From: Candidatus Saccharimonadota bacterium
GTDB lineage: Bacteria > Patescibacteriota > Saccharimonadia > CAILAD01 > BJGX01
Length of the DNA stretch: 60,706 nt
NCBI GenBank assembly: GCA_014191035.1
Contig: BJGX01000004.1
Location: 1-60,706, forward strand
Direction of reading: 5' to 3'
Below the pieces are notes generated by a model, which ran no database searches, was not told where the DNA came from, and saw only the letters and a program-made list of their open reading frames with translations. Shown piece after piece: positions 18,989 through 28,518 of this stretch (position 1 is its first letter; each line of letters begins with the position of its first letter). The translations under genes were made by a program, and so were the position numbers.

Positions 18989-19822
18989 ATGAACCAGCTA
19001 AGCAGTAAAGACGAAGTCAAGCGTAAAGCAAGATTGGCCTCAGCAACAGGAGTTACATATCCGACTGGCTACATTTTCTTTCGCGGAGCCGTGGCTTTTC
19101 TTTCGAGTTTCTTTATTAAGCCAGTACTTTACCACAATGAACGAATTCCTCAGCCAGGTGGCTACACTTACAAGCCAAGCTACTATTCCAGAAATGGAAA
19201 TAGTAGGGTGGGTGAGATCAAGGCCTTTGTGATTGCTGCTAACCATGGTCAAGTTTGGGACATTCCATTTATCGGAATGTTTAGAAGAGGGCTAATCTGG
19301 GTTTGTAAACCCCAGTTTTGTGTTCACCCAGCCCTTGCCTGGATCAACCAAAGAATGGGCGCCGTACCGGTCTTTAGGCCCAATATTGATGGCAACGAGA
19401 CTAAGAACTCGCCCGAAAGAATAAAAGCGCTTCAGATGGCTTCATATACGCCGCAGGAGCTCATTCCGGTCGTGGTTAGAGCGCTCAAACGTGGCGTTCC
19501 AGCAATCATGTTCCCAGAGGGTAGCAGGGTAGGTACATCTACTGTTGAAGATGCCAAGTACGGCGCATCTAAGGTTGCCTTTTTGTCTGGCTGTCCAATC
19601 CTTCCAATCGCTTTGGTTGGGTGCTCTAAGGGAGACAAGGTTGTTCGCAAGGGACTACTTAGAAGACGAGTTATTATCGGTGTAGTGGGAGAACTAATTT
19701 ACCCTGAGAGTTACATGCATCTTGAGTCCAAGACTGATCGCTATTCTGCGATGATGACCGACTGGATCGAGTCAATAAATCAGCTCCGTGAAGAGGGGGC
19801 AATTTATCTTGATCAGTTCTAA
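18989..19822 (+). CDS. Lysophospholipid acyltransferase (PlsC-like)
   Basis: NHGQVWD (HX4D), GAVPVFR, MFPEGSR, PILPIAL; AAGGAG upstream. Confidence 0.88.
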   Translation: MNQLSSKDEVKRKARLASATGVTYPTGYIFFRGAVAFLSSFFIKPVLYHNERIPQPGGYTYKPSYYSRNGNSRVGEIKAFVIAANHGQVWDIPFIGMFRRGLIWVCKPQFCVHPALAWINQRMGAVPVFRPNIDGNETKNSPERIKALQMASYTPQELIPVVVRALKRGVPAIMFPEGSRVGTSTVEDAKYGASKVAFLSGCPILPIALVGCSKGDKVVRKGLLRRRVIIGVVGELIYPESYMHLESKTDRYSAMMTDWIESINQLREEGAIYLDQF

Positions 19823-19850
19823 AAACCCTGGCTTTTTGCCGGGGTTTTTT
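19821..19850. terminator. Bidirectional intrinsic terminator
   Basis: AAAAACCCTGGC-loop-GCCGGGGTTTTTT. Confidence 0.8.
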
Positions 19851-22800
19851 ATGTAGTTGCCGGCGACTGTTTTGGTCTAACTGGCGATGTTATTTCGGAC
19901 TCGTGTTTGTTAACTGCTCTAGGTACATTGAATTCTATCATTGTTCCCTTACCAAGCTCGGAGCTAATTTTAATAGAACCACCAACTTGCTCAATAATAA
20001 TTCTGTCTAGGTACAATCCAATTCCTAGGCCCTCATAATCGTATTGCATAGCATCTGAAGCTCTTGTAAAAGGCATCATTAGCTGGTCAATCTTATCTTT
20101 AGGAATACCAATACCCTGGTCTTTAACAGATATTTTGGTTCCTCCGAATTTGTTTTCAATAGATACAAAAATCGTGCTGTTATTTTTACTGAATTTTACG
20201 GCGTTATTGATAGTTGAGCCTAGAAGCAATATCAGAGCTGACTTGTCTAGTCGCATATTGAGTTCTTTTGCAACATTAATTTTAATTTTAATATTTTTTC
20301 TAGCCATAATATCTGATTGGCGCTCTAATATCTTATTAAGAACTAAGTTAACATCGTCTTCATCTATAGCTCCAGTTGGGCTAAAGGCTGAGAATTTTTT
20401 AAGTAGTTCGAAGGATTTTTGCACACTTGATAGCATTCCAACGCCTCTTATGAAAGCTTTAGCTTCTTCTTTATTGCTAAGTTCATTAGAAATAGCTTTT
20501 AATTTATCGATGTTTTTGTCAATTGATTTTGAGGCTTCATTTATGAAGTTTATTTTATATTCCGAAAGTTCTTTTTCTTTTTGCAAAGTCACAATTCTTT
20601 GTCTGCTAATTTCTCGGTTTCTGTTTAGACTTCTCCAGGCCAAAATAATAAATAGAGCACTAAGTATAAACAGACCCACCTGAACAATTAGAGAAGTAAA
20701 GCTAAACTGGAACACATCAGCTCTCAAAAATAATAAGTTGGCGATTAGCACTAGTCCACCCGCGATAATGATCGGTATCCAGGCGAGCGGGTTAAAGCTG
20801 GCTTTTTGTACCTTCTTTTGTAATAGCTCGGGGCTAATTTCTGATATAAATCGTTCGGTCGTTTTTGTATTCTTTTCTAATAATTGGTGTACTGAATCGG
20901 TAATGCCATGAATTATCTCAGTTATTTGTTGTGATTTTGCTTTATCGATTATTCCGTTTGTAACTAAAAGGTCAGCACTTAGTTGCATGATACTAATCGG
21001 CGTATTTAGGTAGTGATTAGTAAGCGAAATAAAGTTTTTGCTACCAAATTGCAGGTTATTGTATTTTTCAATTAAAGTGTTATAGCGTTCGGCGCTTTTT
21101 AACTCCCTATAGGACTGAACGGCATATATTAAAGCAAAGAACAGAATTAAAAGGATAAGTAAAAATGGAATAGCTTCGGCGACTTCTCGCGGCACACGCT
21201 TGGTAATGTTTAATATGCCCTGGAGCGCGCTATCGATCGCAGAAACAATACCTCCCGTACGGCCACCTCCAGGTGTAATTATCTGCCCATCGGGCCCAAT
21301 TGCGCTGGCAGCTCCAGTTGTTTGGGGGTTAGTGAAGATTCCTATTGGTATGCTTCCGAATGGTATTGGGTTTGATATAGTTGGAATTAAATTACAGTCT
21401 GTAGTTTTAAGTGTCTGGCCAGATCCAAAATAGTTCGTTGTTCCATTGCTTGCAAAGGCACGGTAATAGTAGGTTGAGCCACAGTTTAGCTGCCCCAAAA
21501 CTCTAGAATAGTCCCCAAAAGGTGCAGCGGCGTTTCTCTGGTAGAATTTTTTAACTAAATTATCCGTAGTGCTTGTTACAAATAAATTGCCATTTGGATC
21601 GACAGCAACTCCGCTTAATATAGAGCTTAGAGCACTACCGTAGCTTAAATTAACAACGTTGCTTTTATAGTATGTTTGAGTACCAACTGCATTGAATTTG
21701 CTTACAGAGCCAGTCGAGTCGGTTACAAAAACATCTTCATTAGTTTGATTTAAGGAGATGAATCCGGGAAGTATCAAATTACCCTTTTCAGAACCAAAAC
21801 TTCCTATTGAGCCTCCAAAATTACCGTTAGGGAAAGAATATTTAGCGATTCTATTTTTAGTGGTATCAGCAACGTAAATAACGCCATTTCCAGAACCGTA
21901 GTCTTTCACTTCGATACCAGTGGGGAAATAGCCCAGATTTTGATTAGTATCCAAAGAGTAGTAGCCCCAAATATCTAGCGGGTTGCCCGCTGAATCCATT
22001 TTTAATACAAATCCTTCTGGAAAAGTTGCGAACATATTGCCAGCTATATCGGCAGCAACATCTGTAGCTCCTATGCCTGCCGAAAAATCAGCCAAGAAAG
22101 TTCCATCAGACTGGAATTTAGATATTCCTGCCGAACTAACTACCCAAATAGTGCCTGGGCGACTGGTTATACCCTTGGGTTGATTAACATTCCAGGATGT
22201 AACTAGACCTCCATTGTTATTGTATTTTTTGACTTTATTATTGGCATAATCCGAAACATATACATTGCCATATTCATCTGAGGCAATATCCAAAGGTGTG
22301 TTAAGTGTCGAGCTCCATTGTGTGGCTAGGTCTAGATAGTTAGCGTCGTTTTGCGATCCGCCATTTTGGTTGTTTAACAAATTACCATATGCCGTTGAGG
22401 ACCCCCATTCAAAGCCCTGAATAACTAAAAGTGGGTCCGGACCGACCGAGGTAATATTGCCATTAAGTGTACCGAATGTACCAGAAATATTAGTTGGCGG
22501 CAGGGTGGCTGCAGTCACATTGGTATTGCAAGGGTTGGTAGTGAAACTCTTGGTTGAACCCAAATAATTTCCATCCGCGTTAGTGGCTGTAGCGCGGTAG
22601 TAGTAGGTCGTGCCACAACTTAAATAGTCTAGGGTGTTGCTGTAATTCGTAACAGAAAATTCTACTTGAGTTAAAAATTTCTCTACTTCGGAATTGTTTT
22701 GATCTGTTACAAAAACCATTGAATTATTATTCACTGGATTTGAGCTTGGCTCAGTATAGGTTGCTACACCAAAAGGAGAATTAAAGTTTGCTATCGACCC

Positions 22801-24921
22801 GTAAGACGATAAGTGTGCGCCAGAAGAATTGTAGATTCCAATTAAATGATTACCGGTGTCGGCAACATAAACATTGTTGTTTACATCAATCGCAACAGAA
22901 GAGGGAGAATTGAAGGGAGTACCCGAAACACTACCATCAACAATCAATGAGGGGGTAGAAATAGGCGTTATCGATATTGGCGGTCCTGCCGAGTATGTTT
23001 GTTCAAACACTTGGTAGCGGTTGTTTCCAGTATCAGCAACCACTATTTTGTTACTGCCTGTCTGATCTATGGCGATGCCTAGAGGGTTATTAAACTGTCC
23101 TGTGCTGCCGCCACCCGTGGAGCCAAAGCTACCGCTAGCATCATAGCTAAAAGATGTGTCATAGCGTTTTATTTTGTCGTTCCCGCTGTCAGCTACATAA
23201 ACATTTCCAAAAGTATCAAGTGCAACTCCATTAGGGTTGTTTAGATTTTCTGGATTCACCCCAGGCCCACCCATAGAGCCAGCAACAGTAGAAAGATCAG
23301 AGTTAACAACAAGTATTCGGTCGTTACCACTATCGGCGATATAGATCCTGCCCGCATTGTCCACGGCCAATCCGTTTGGCCCACTAAGGGTTCCAGGGTT
23401 GTATGTTCCTATCAAGGCTCCAGAGAAATTAAAAACCCTAATTTGGTTACCTGCAGGGTCAGAGACGTAAACTTTTTGGGAATTACTATCTACTGCAATT
23501 CCAGTAGGTAGGTTGCTTGCCGTGGGCCAGCCTGTAGTGTCTGGATAAAGCTTACGGCTCGATTCGGCAGCAATGCCGGCTATGTAATTTCCAAAGCTAG
23601 CAGAAGTTCCCCACTCGAAGCCTCTGCGAGTTATGGCAGAGGTTGAGGCAGTAACTTCACCATTAAGCGTTGCTGTAAAACTGCCAACTCCTGTCGGGTC
23701 GTTAGTTTGAATTGTCAGGGCTTGAGCTGAAACCCCGCACGGTAGGGTATTAAAGCTTTGGTCATTGCCGTAAGATGTGCCATCTTCGTTGGTGGCATAT
23801 GCTCTAAAGTGGTAAGTTGTGCTGCAATTTAGTCCGCTTATGTTTTGTTCAAAGTTTCCAAGTGGTAGTGAAGCTTGGTTTATAAATTTTTGAACCCTCA
23901 AGTTGTCTGTGTCTGCAACAAAAAGATTATTATTGTTAATATTCAAAGCCTTGGCGTTATTGAATTGAGCTATGGCATTTCCGTTTCCACCAAACTGGTT
24001 TAAAAACTGACCATCGTTAGAATATATTTTTATGTAATCATCTTTTAGAGAATATATCTCCCCACTAGCTCCAATAGCAACGGAATCATATAATTCACTA
24101 CCAAATGTTTGTATATAATTTCCAAAAGAGTCGAATTTTTTAGCTCCATCCAATTGAGAGACGAAAACATTTCCAGATTGATCGATGGCCATACTGCTTG
24201 GTTGATTTAGCACGCCCTCGCCAATAGTCGCCACAATATTGAATGAATTATCTAGCTTAAATACTTTTTGCATAGCCTCATCCAATACGTATAAGTTATT
24301 AGCAGAATCTATCTGTAGAGCAGTTGGCTTCTGTATTGCTGGATCACTAATGGTCTGGCTATAGGCTAAATTTAAAGAGTATTTTTGAATTCTTGAATTT
24401 TGTGTGTCTGCAATATACAAATCACCCGAGCTGTCATAGGCCAAAGCTCGTGGCGAATTGAATTCGTAATTGCCAAGGCCCTGTGTGCCTCCCAGCTCGG
24501 CAATTTGATTGCCCAATACATCAAAAACCAGGACTTTGTTAAGCTGAGTGCTTAAAATGGCATAGCCTCCATCGTTCTTTACAGCTATTGAGTCAGGAGC
24601 AAATGCACTTGGCCATTGGCTGTTGAATTTTACCGGCAAGCTAGCGCCATTTAGCGGGGCGGAGTTTCCATAGGAAGGGGAGGTGCCCCATTCAAACCCC
24701 CGAGCAGTCACAGGTTTATCACTCGAATTTATTAAGCCCTTAAGAGTTGCTGATACGTCTTGGGCAATCGCAGGTAGGGTTTCGGTATTGGCAAGATCAG
24801 CATTGGCTTTTTCTGCTTTACCACCACCAGTAATTAATATGACAACAAAAATCAAAAGAAGCCCTAGGCCGGCCATTACATCTGATAAAACCTCAATTTT
24901 TGCTTTTGTTTTTATGGTCAT
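19849..24921 (-). CDS. Giant sensor histidine kinase with extracellular NHL-repeat/FN3-like modules
   Basis: N-terminal hydrophobic segment, many NHL repeats (P.GIAVD..GNVYVADSGN.RI), TMs, H-box-like NHYLNTP, HATPase motifs NAVKFS, DQGIGI and GLGIGL. Confidence 0.9.
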   Translation of the reverse strand: MTIKTKAKIEVLSDVMAGLGLLLIFVVILITGGGKAEKANADLANTETLPAIAQDVSATLKGLINSSDKPVTARGFEWGTSPSYGNSAPLNGASLPVKFNSQWPSAFAPDSIAVKNDGGYAILSTQLNKVLVFDVLGNQIAELGGTQGLGNYEFNSPRALAYDSSGDLYIADTQNSRIQKYSLNLAYSQTISDPAIQKPTALQIDSANNLYVLDEAMQKVFKLDNSFNIVATIGEGVLNQPSSMAIDQSGNVFVSQLDGAKKFDSFGNYIQTFGSELYDSVAIGASGEIYSLKDDYIKIYSNDGQFLNQFGGNGNAIAQFNNAKALNINNNNLFVADTDNLRVQKFINQASLPLGNFEQNISGLNCSTTYHFRAYATNEDGTSYGNDQSFNTLPCGVSAQALTIQTNDPTGVGSFTATLNGEVTASTSAITRRGFEWGTSASFGNYIAGIAAESSRKLYPDTTGWPTASNLPTGIAVDSNSQKVYVSDPAGNQIRVFNFSGALIGTYNPGTLSGPNGLAVDNAGRIYIADSGNDRILVVNSDLSTVAGSMGGPGVNPENLNNPNGVALDTFGNVYVADSGNDKIKRYDTSFSYDASGSFGSTGGGSTGQFNNPLGIAIDQTGSNKIVVADTGNNRYQVFEQTYSAGPPISITPISTPSLIVDGSVSGTPFNSPSSVAIDVNNNVYVADTGNHLIGIYNSSGAHLSSYGSIANFNSPFGVATYTEPSSNPVNNNSMVFVTDQNNSEVEKFLTQVEFSVTNYSNTLDYLSCGTTYYYRATATNADGNYLGSTKSFTTNPCNTNVTAATLPPTNISGTFGTLNGNITSVGPDPLLVIQGFEWGSSTAYGNLLNNQNGGSQNDANYLDLATQWSSTLNTPLDIASDEYGNVYVSDYANNKVKKYNNNGGLVTSWNVNQPKGITSRPGTIWVVSSAGISKFQSDGTFLADFSAGIGATDVAADIAGNMFATFPEGFVLKMDSAGNPLDIWGYYSLDTNQNLGYFPTGIEVKDYGSGNGVIYVADTTKNRIAKYSFPNGNFGGSIGSFGSEKGNLILPGFISLNQTNEDVFVTDSTGSVSKFNAVGTQTYYKSNVVNLSYGSALSSILSGVAVDPNGNLFVTSTTDNLVKKFYQRNAAAPFGDYSRVLGQLNCGSTYYYRAFASNGTTNYFGSGQTLKTTDCNLIPTISNPIPFGSIPIGIFTNPQTTGAASAIGPDGQIITPGGGRTGGIVSAIDSALQGILNITKRVPREVAEAIPFLLILLILFFALIYAVQSYRELKSAERYNTLIEKYNNLQFGSKNFISLTNHYLNTPISIMQLSADLLVTNGIIDKAKSQQITEIIHGITDSVHQLLEKNTKTTERFISEISPELLQKKVQKASFNPLAWIPIIIAGGLVLIANLLFLRADVFQFSFTSLIVQVGLFILSALFIILAWRSLNRNREISRQRIVTLQKEKELSEYKINFINEASKSIDKNIDKLKAISNELSNKEEAKAFIRGVGMLSSVQKSFELLKKFSAFSPTGAIDEDDVNLVLNKILERQSDIMARKNIKIKINVAKELNMRLDKSALILLLGSTINNAVKFSKNNSTIFVSIENKFGGTKISVKDQGIGIPKDKIDQLMMPFTRASDAMQYDYEGLGIGLYLDRIIIEQVGGSIKISSELGKGTMIEFNVPRAVNKHESEITSPVRPKQSPATT

Positions 24922-25056
24922 TTGTTTTAATTAACTTTAGGTTAAATAATACACTTTTATAGGTCTAAGCACAAGTATTATATATTAATAAAGTAATCAT
25001 AAAACTCTATCAAATATAATTTAATTGAAAATTATATGAATAAAAATATAGTGAAC

Positions 25057-25189
25057 AAAAAAATAACCGCCCAATAAATTTTGAGCGGGGATTGTCCTAA
25101 AAAGAAACAGGTTAGCGTGGGCCCGAGGCGCTTGCTAACCTGTTAAAAGTCTTTGTTTTTGTTTTTGAGTAATTTATGTGTGCAGCACT
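25057..25189 (-). ncRNA. Candidate small RNA or attenuating leader
   Basis: TTGACG-17-TATTAT promoter (25224-25196), a perfect 11-bp stem (25106-25144), then a second hairpin followed by a U-tract. Confidence 0.5.
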
Positions 25190-25254
25190 GATATAATAAT
25201 ACCGCTTACGTTTCGGGCCGTCAATAACTTTTTTAAACTTTTTTTAAGATTTTT

Positions 25255-26262
25255 TTAAAAAACTTTTTTGCCAGTGAATTGGCCATTACGAGCAGCACTA
25301 TTTTGGGCCAGTAGTTTAGAGAACATTGCTTGTGCTTTGTTGGTATTAACTTCCTTACCTCGCCATAATTTCAGCACTGGATCCTGTACAGCCCTAGAGT
25401 AGCTGTAGGTGATGGGCCACGTTTGTTCACCTTTAAGTCCGATTGCATTAAGATTGGCCGTGGCTTGTTCTGGGCTCTGTCCTCCAGATAAGAAAACTAT
25501 TCCAGCTACTTCATTAGGTACTGAATTATTTAATACCTTCAGGGTGGCATCGGCAACTTCAGTAGGTTTGCTCATTACACTTTTGGTGCCTGCAAGAACC
25601 ATGCTGGTTTTAAGAATTGTTCCAGATAGGTTAACCTTTAGTTTGGCTAGCTCCTCAAATAGTATCTTTATAACCTTTTGAGTCGTTTTTGCGGACTGCT
25701 CAATAGTCTGATTACCCTCGTATAAGACTTCCGGCTCAACAATCGGTACCATTCCAGCAGACTGGGCAATAGAGGCGTAACGGGCCATAACCATTAAGTT
25801 GTATCTAATAACAGCTTCATCTGGCTCACCATCATTGACCTCGAAAGCGCTACGCCATTTAGTAAAGCGAGCACCCATTTCATAGTATTCATTAAGTCTT
25901 GCAGATAGCCCATCAAGGCCTTCAGTAATAGTGGCGGGTTCGAAATTGTCCATGGGAACCAAGCCCATATCAACTTTGATACCTGGAATTATACCTTTTT
26001 TAGTTAGGGCATCGGCAAAAGTAAGGCCTTCATCAGTTTTTTGGCGAATTGTCTCATCGTAGAGGATTACACCTGAAATATACAGCTCGATATTGGGCGA
26101 CATACACAATAATTGACGCCACTGACGCCTAGATTCATCTGTACAGTCAATCTTGAGTGCATCGAAGCGCTTTTGGCATGTCTTGGAGCTTTCGTCGGCA
26201 GCTAATAGACCCTTTGGGTCAGCCATCATTTGCTTGGCAATATCAGATATAGAACTGTTCAT
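25255..26262 (-). CDS. fba: Fructose-bisphosphate aldolase class I
   Basis: KGLLAADES, GIKVD.G, GARFTKWR, VPIVEPEV, FLSGGQS, YSYSRAVQ. Confidence 0.95.
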   Translation of the reverse strand: MNSSISDIAKQMMADPKGLLAADESSKTCQKRFDALKIDCTDESRRQWRQLLCMSPNIELYISGVILYDETIRQKTDEGLTFADALTKKGIIPGIKVDMGLVPMDNFEPATITEGLDGLSARLNEYYEMGARFTKWRSAFEVNDGEPDEAVIRYNLMVMARYASIAQSAGMVPIVEPEVLYEGNQTIEQSAKTTQKVIKILFEELAKLKVNLSGTILKTSMVLAGTKSVMSKPTEVADATLKVLNNSVPNEVAGIVFLSGGQSPEQATANLNAIGLKGEQTWPITYSYSRAVQDPVLKLWRGKEVNTNKAQAMFSKLLAQNSAARNGQFTGKKVF

Positions 26263-26405
26263 ATACTAAGCATAAGACTAATAGAGAAGTAATGCAATAT
26301 AAATATACTAATTAACTACATATATACTATGCTAAAGCATTATATACAAGCATTAAAAAGCCTTTCGTATCTGTTGAAAGACTAAAAAGGTGAATAAATT
26401 ATTTA

Positions 26406-26849
26406 CTACTTAGTGTTCTCGAGCCTTGCATCACGAAGCATTGTTTGTTGCTTTTTTGACTCGCGTTTATCATAGAGCTTCTTACCACGCGCCAGAGCAA
26501 TTTCTAGCTTTATGCGGCCTCTGCTGAGCCCAATTGCAGTCGGAACTATTGTGAGGCGCTGAGATTGCGACTCCTCAATTAGTCTATTAAGCTCTTTTCT
26601 GTGTAAAAGCAGTTTGCGCTCAGCTTCGGGATCGTAATTATCTAAGTCCATTGCTTGCTTATAGGGGCTGATATGGGCCTTTACCAGGAAAGCTTCACCC
26701 TGACGAATAGATACGTAACTACCTTTCATGTCTATGTGGCCAGCCTTAACGCTTTTCACCTCGGGGCCGGACAACACCAACCCAGCTTCAAACTTTTCTT
26801 TAAGTTCGTAATCATGACGCACACGTCTATTTGATGCAATTATCTTCAT
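26406..26849 (-). CDS. smpB: SsrA-binding protein
   Basis: NRRVRHDY..EAGLVLSGPEVKS..RKLLLHRKE..GKKLYDKRE. Confidence 0.97.
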   Translation of the reverse strand: MKIIASNRRVRHDYELKEKFEAGLVLSGPEVKSVKAGHIDMKGSYVSIRQGEAFLVKAHISPYKQAMDLDNYDPEAERKLLLHRKELNRLIEESQSQRLTIVPTAIGLSRGRIKLEIALARGKKLYDKRESKKQQTMLRDARLENTK

Positions 26850-26898
26850 AGCCTAATTATAGCTTAAATAGTGGGCTTTGAGATATAATAGGCTTAAT

Positions 26899-28506
26899 AT
26901 GAACCCAAAAGAACAATTTAATGATTTGCTTTTTAAGGCGCTAAATAAGCTATATGGACCTCATGATAAACAGGAGGTTGCCTCAAGTATTAGCTACTGC
27001 GACCCTAAGTTTGGGGAATTTAGCACAAACATTGCCTTTAGGCTTTCTAAGTCAGAATCAAAAGCTCCTTCAGAAGTAGCTGATTCTATTATAATTGAGC
27101 TAAACAAATCAAAAACTATCAAGAAGGCCGAATTTTTACCCCCCGGCTTTATAAATGTAATTATGGATAATAAGTCATGGATAGATTACATCGAATCAAT
27201 TAATGATAATTTTTCTAAGAGCGAAATGGGAAAAGGGCAGAGCATTCAGCTGGAGTTTATTTCCGCTAACCCTACCGGTCCGTTGGTACTAACAAACGCC
27301 TGGCAAGGTTATTATGGTGATATTTTAACCAATATTTATAAATCGCAGGGCTATGAATCTTCCACCGAGTACCTTCTTAATGATGGAGGAAATCAGATTA
27401 TTGCTCTTGGTAGGGCAATCCAGCAAGCAATTGGTAAAGAATTTGAGCCTGAAATAGCCGAAAACTTATACAGAGGAGAATATATTGATAATATTGCTGA
27501 AATAATTACAACAAAAATTGGCTCAAAAGACAAAGTTTTGTCAGAAGAGCCTATAGAGGTTGGCTCACTAGCAGCAGAACTAATAGTTGAAAACTATATA
27601 AAGCCAGATTTAACTAAGCTGGGTGTTAATTTTGACTCTATGTACTCTGAATCTGAAGCCGATATTAAAAGGACCTTAACTAGGCTTGAAGATGCAGGTT
27701 TAATTAAGAACAAAGACGGCGCTGTTTGGATAGATGGCGAAAAGATTGGTCTAGATCAAGACCAAGTACTAATCAGATCTTACGATAATGGAGAGAGCTA
27801 CTTTTTAAAGGACATCGCATACCAGCTAGAGAGGCTAGAGGAGAGGGGGTATGACAGAACTATTACTATCGTGGGTCCAGATCATCATGGCCAAGCAATC
27901 AGGCTAGTCAATACACTCAAAGCCTTAGGTCATAATGAATTTAGTGAGCTTTCTACGCAGACTATAAGGCTTATTAAGGATGGAAAAGAATTTAAAATGA
28001 GCAAGCGCAAAGGAAATTACATACTTCTAAGTGATTTCTTAGATGAGGTGCCAACTGAGGCAGCGAGATTTTACTTTGCTATGCGTGACACAAATACACA
28101 TATGGATTTTGATATCGACCTTGTTAAAGAGCACTCAGCTAAAAACCCTGTGTATTATTCTTTATATGCTTATGCAAGAGCCTGCTCCATCCAAGAAAAC
28201 GCCAAGAAAGAATCCTTAAGTGCGGTCAGCATTGAAAATTATGAGCTTAGCCTTTCAGAGCGTCAGCTAATTATGCAATTATCTAAAATTGAAGGAATAT
28301 TAAAAGAAATAATAGTTAATCATAAGGTTCATCAGCTACTACACCAGACTTTTGATATAGCTAAATCATTCCATGAGTTTTACGAAAAAGAGAGGGTGGT
28401 AGGATCAGAAAAAGCGGGCCAAAAACTGGCTATTATTGAAAAATTTAAGCAAGCATACGAGGCAATTTTTACTATAATTGGTGTTGATTTGTTAGAAAAA
28501 ATGTAG
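26899..28506 (+). CDS. argS: Arginine--tRNA ligase
   Basis: FGEFSTNIAF, PGFIN, EFISANPTGPL, GPDHHG, KMSKRKGN, NPVYY..YAYAR. ATG at 26899 preferred. Confidence 0.94.
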   Translation: MNPKEQFNDLLFKALNKLYGPHDKQEVASSISYCDPKFGEFSTNIAFRLSKSESKAPSEVADSIIIELNKSKTIKKAEFLPPGFINVIMDNKSWIDYIESINDNFSKSEMGKGQSIQLEFISANPTGPLVLTNAWQGYYGDILTNIYKSQGYESSTEYLLNDGGNQIIALGRAIQQAIGKEFEPEIAENLYRGEYIDNIAEIITTKIGSKDKVLSEEPIEVGSLAAELIVENYIKPDLTKLGVNFDSMYSESEADIKRTLTRLEDAGLIKNKDGAVWIDGEKIGLDQDQVLIRSYDNGESYFLKDIAYQLERLEERGYDRTITIVGPDHHGQAIRLVNTLKALGHNEFSELSTQTIRLIKDGKEFKMSKRKGNYILLSDFLDEVPTEAARFYFAMRDTNTHMDFDIDLVKEHSAKNPVYYSLYAYARACSIQENAKKESLSAVSIENYELSLSERQLIMQLSKIEGILKEIIVNHKVHQLLHQTFDIAKSFHEFYEKERVVGSEKAGQKLAIIEKFKQAYEAIFTIIGVDLLEKM

Positions 28507-28518
28507 TAAAAAAAGCAA

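Noticed and set aside
18848..24921. Genomic island integrated at the tmRNA 3' end
   Set aside because: No integrase and no duplicated ssrA 3' end noticed downstream.
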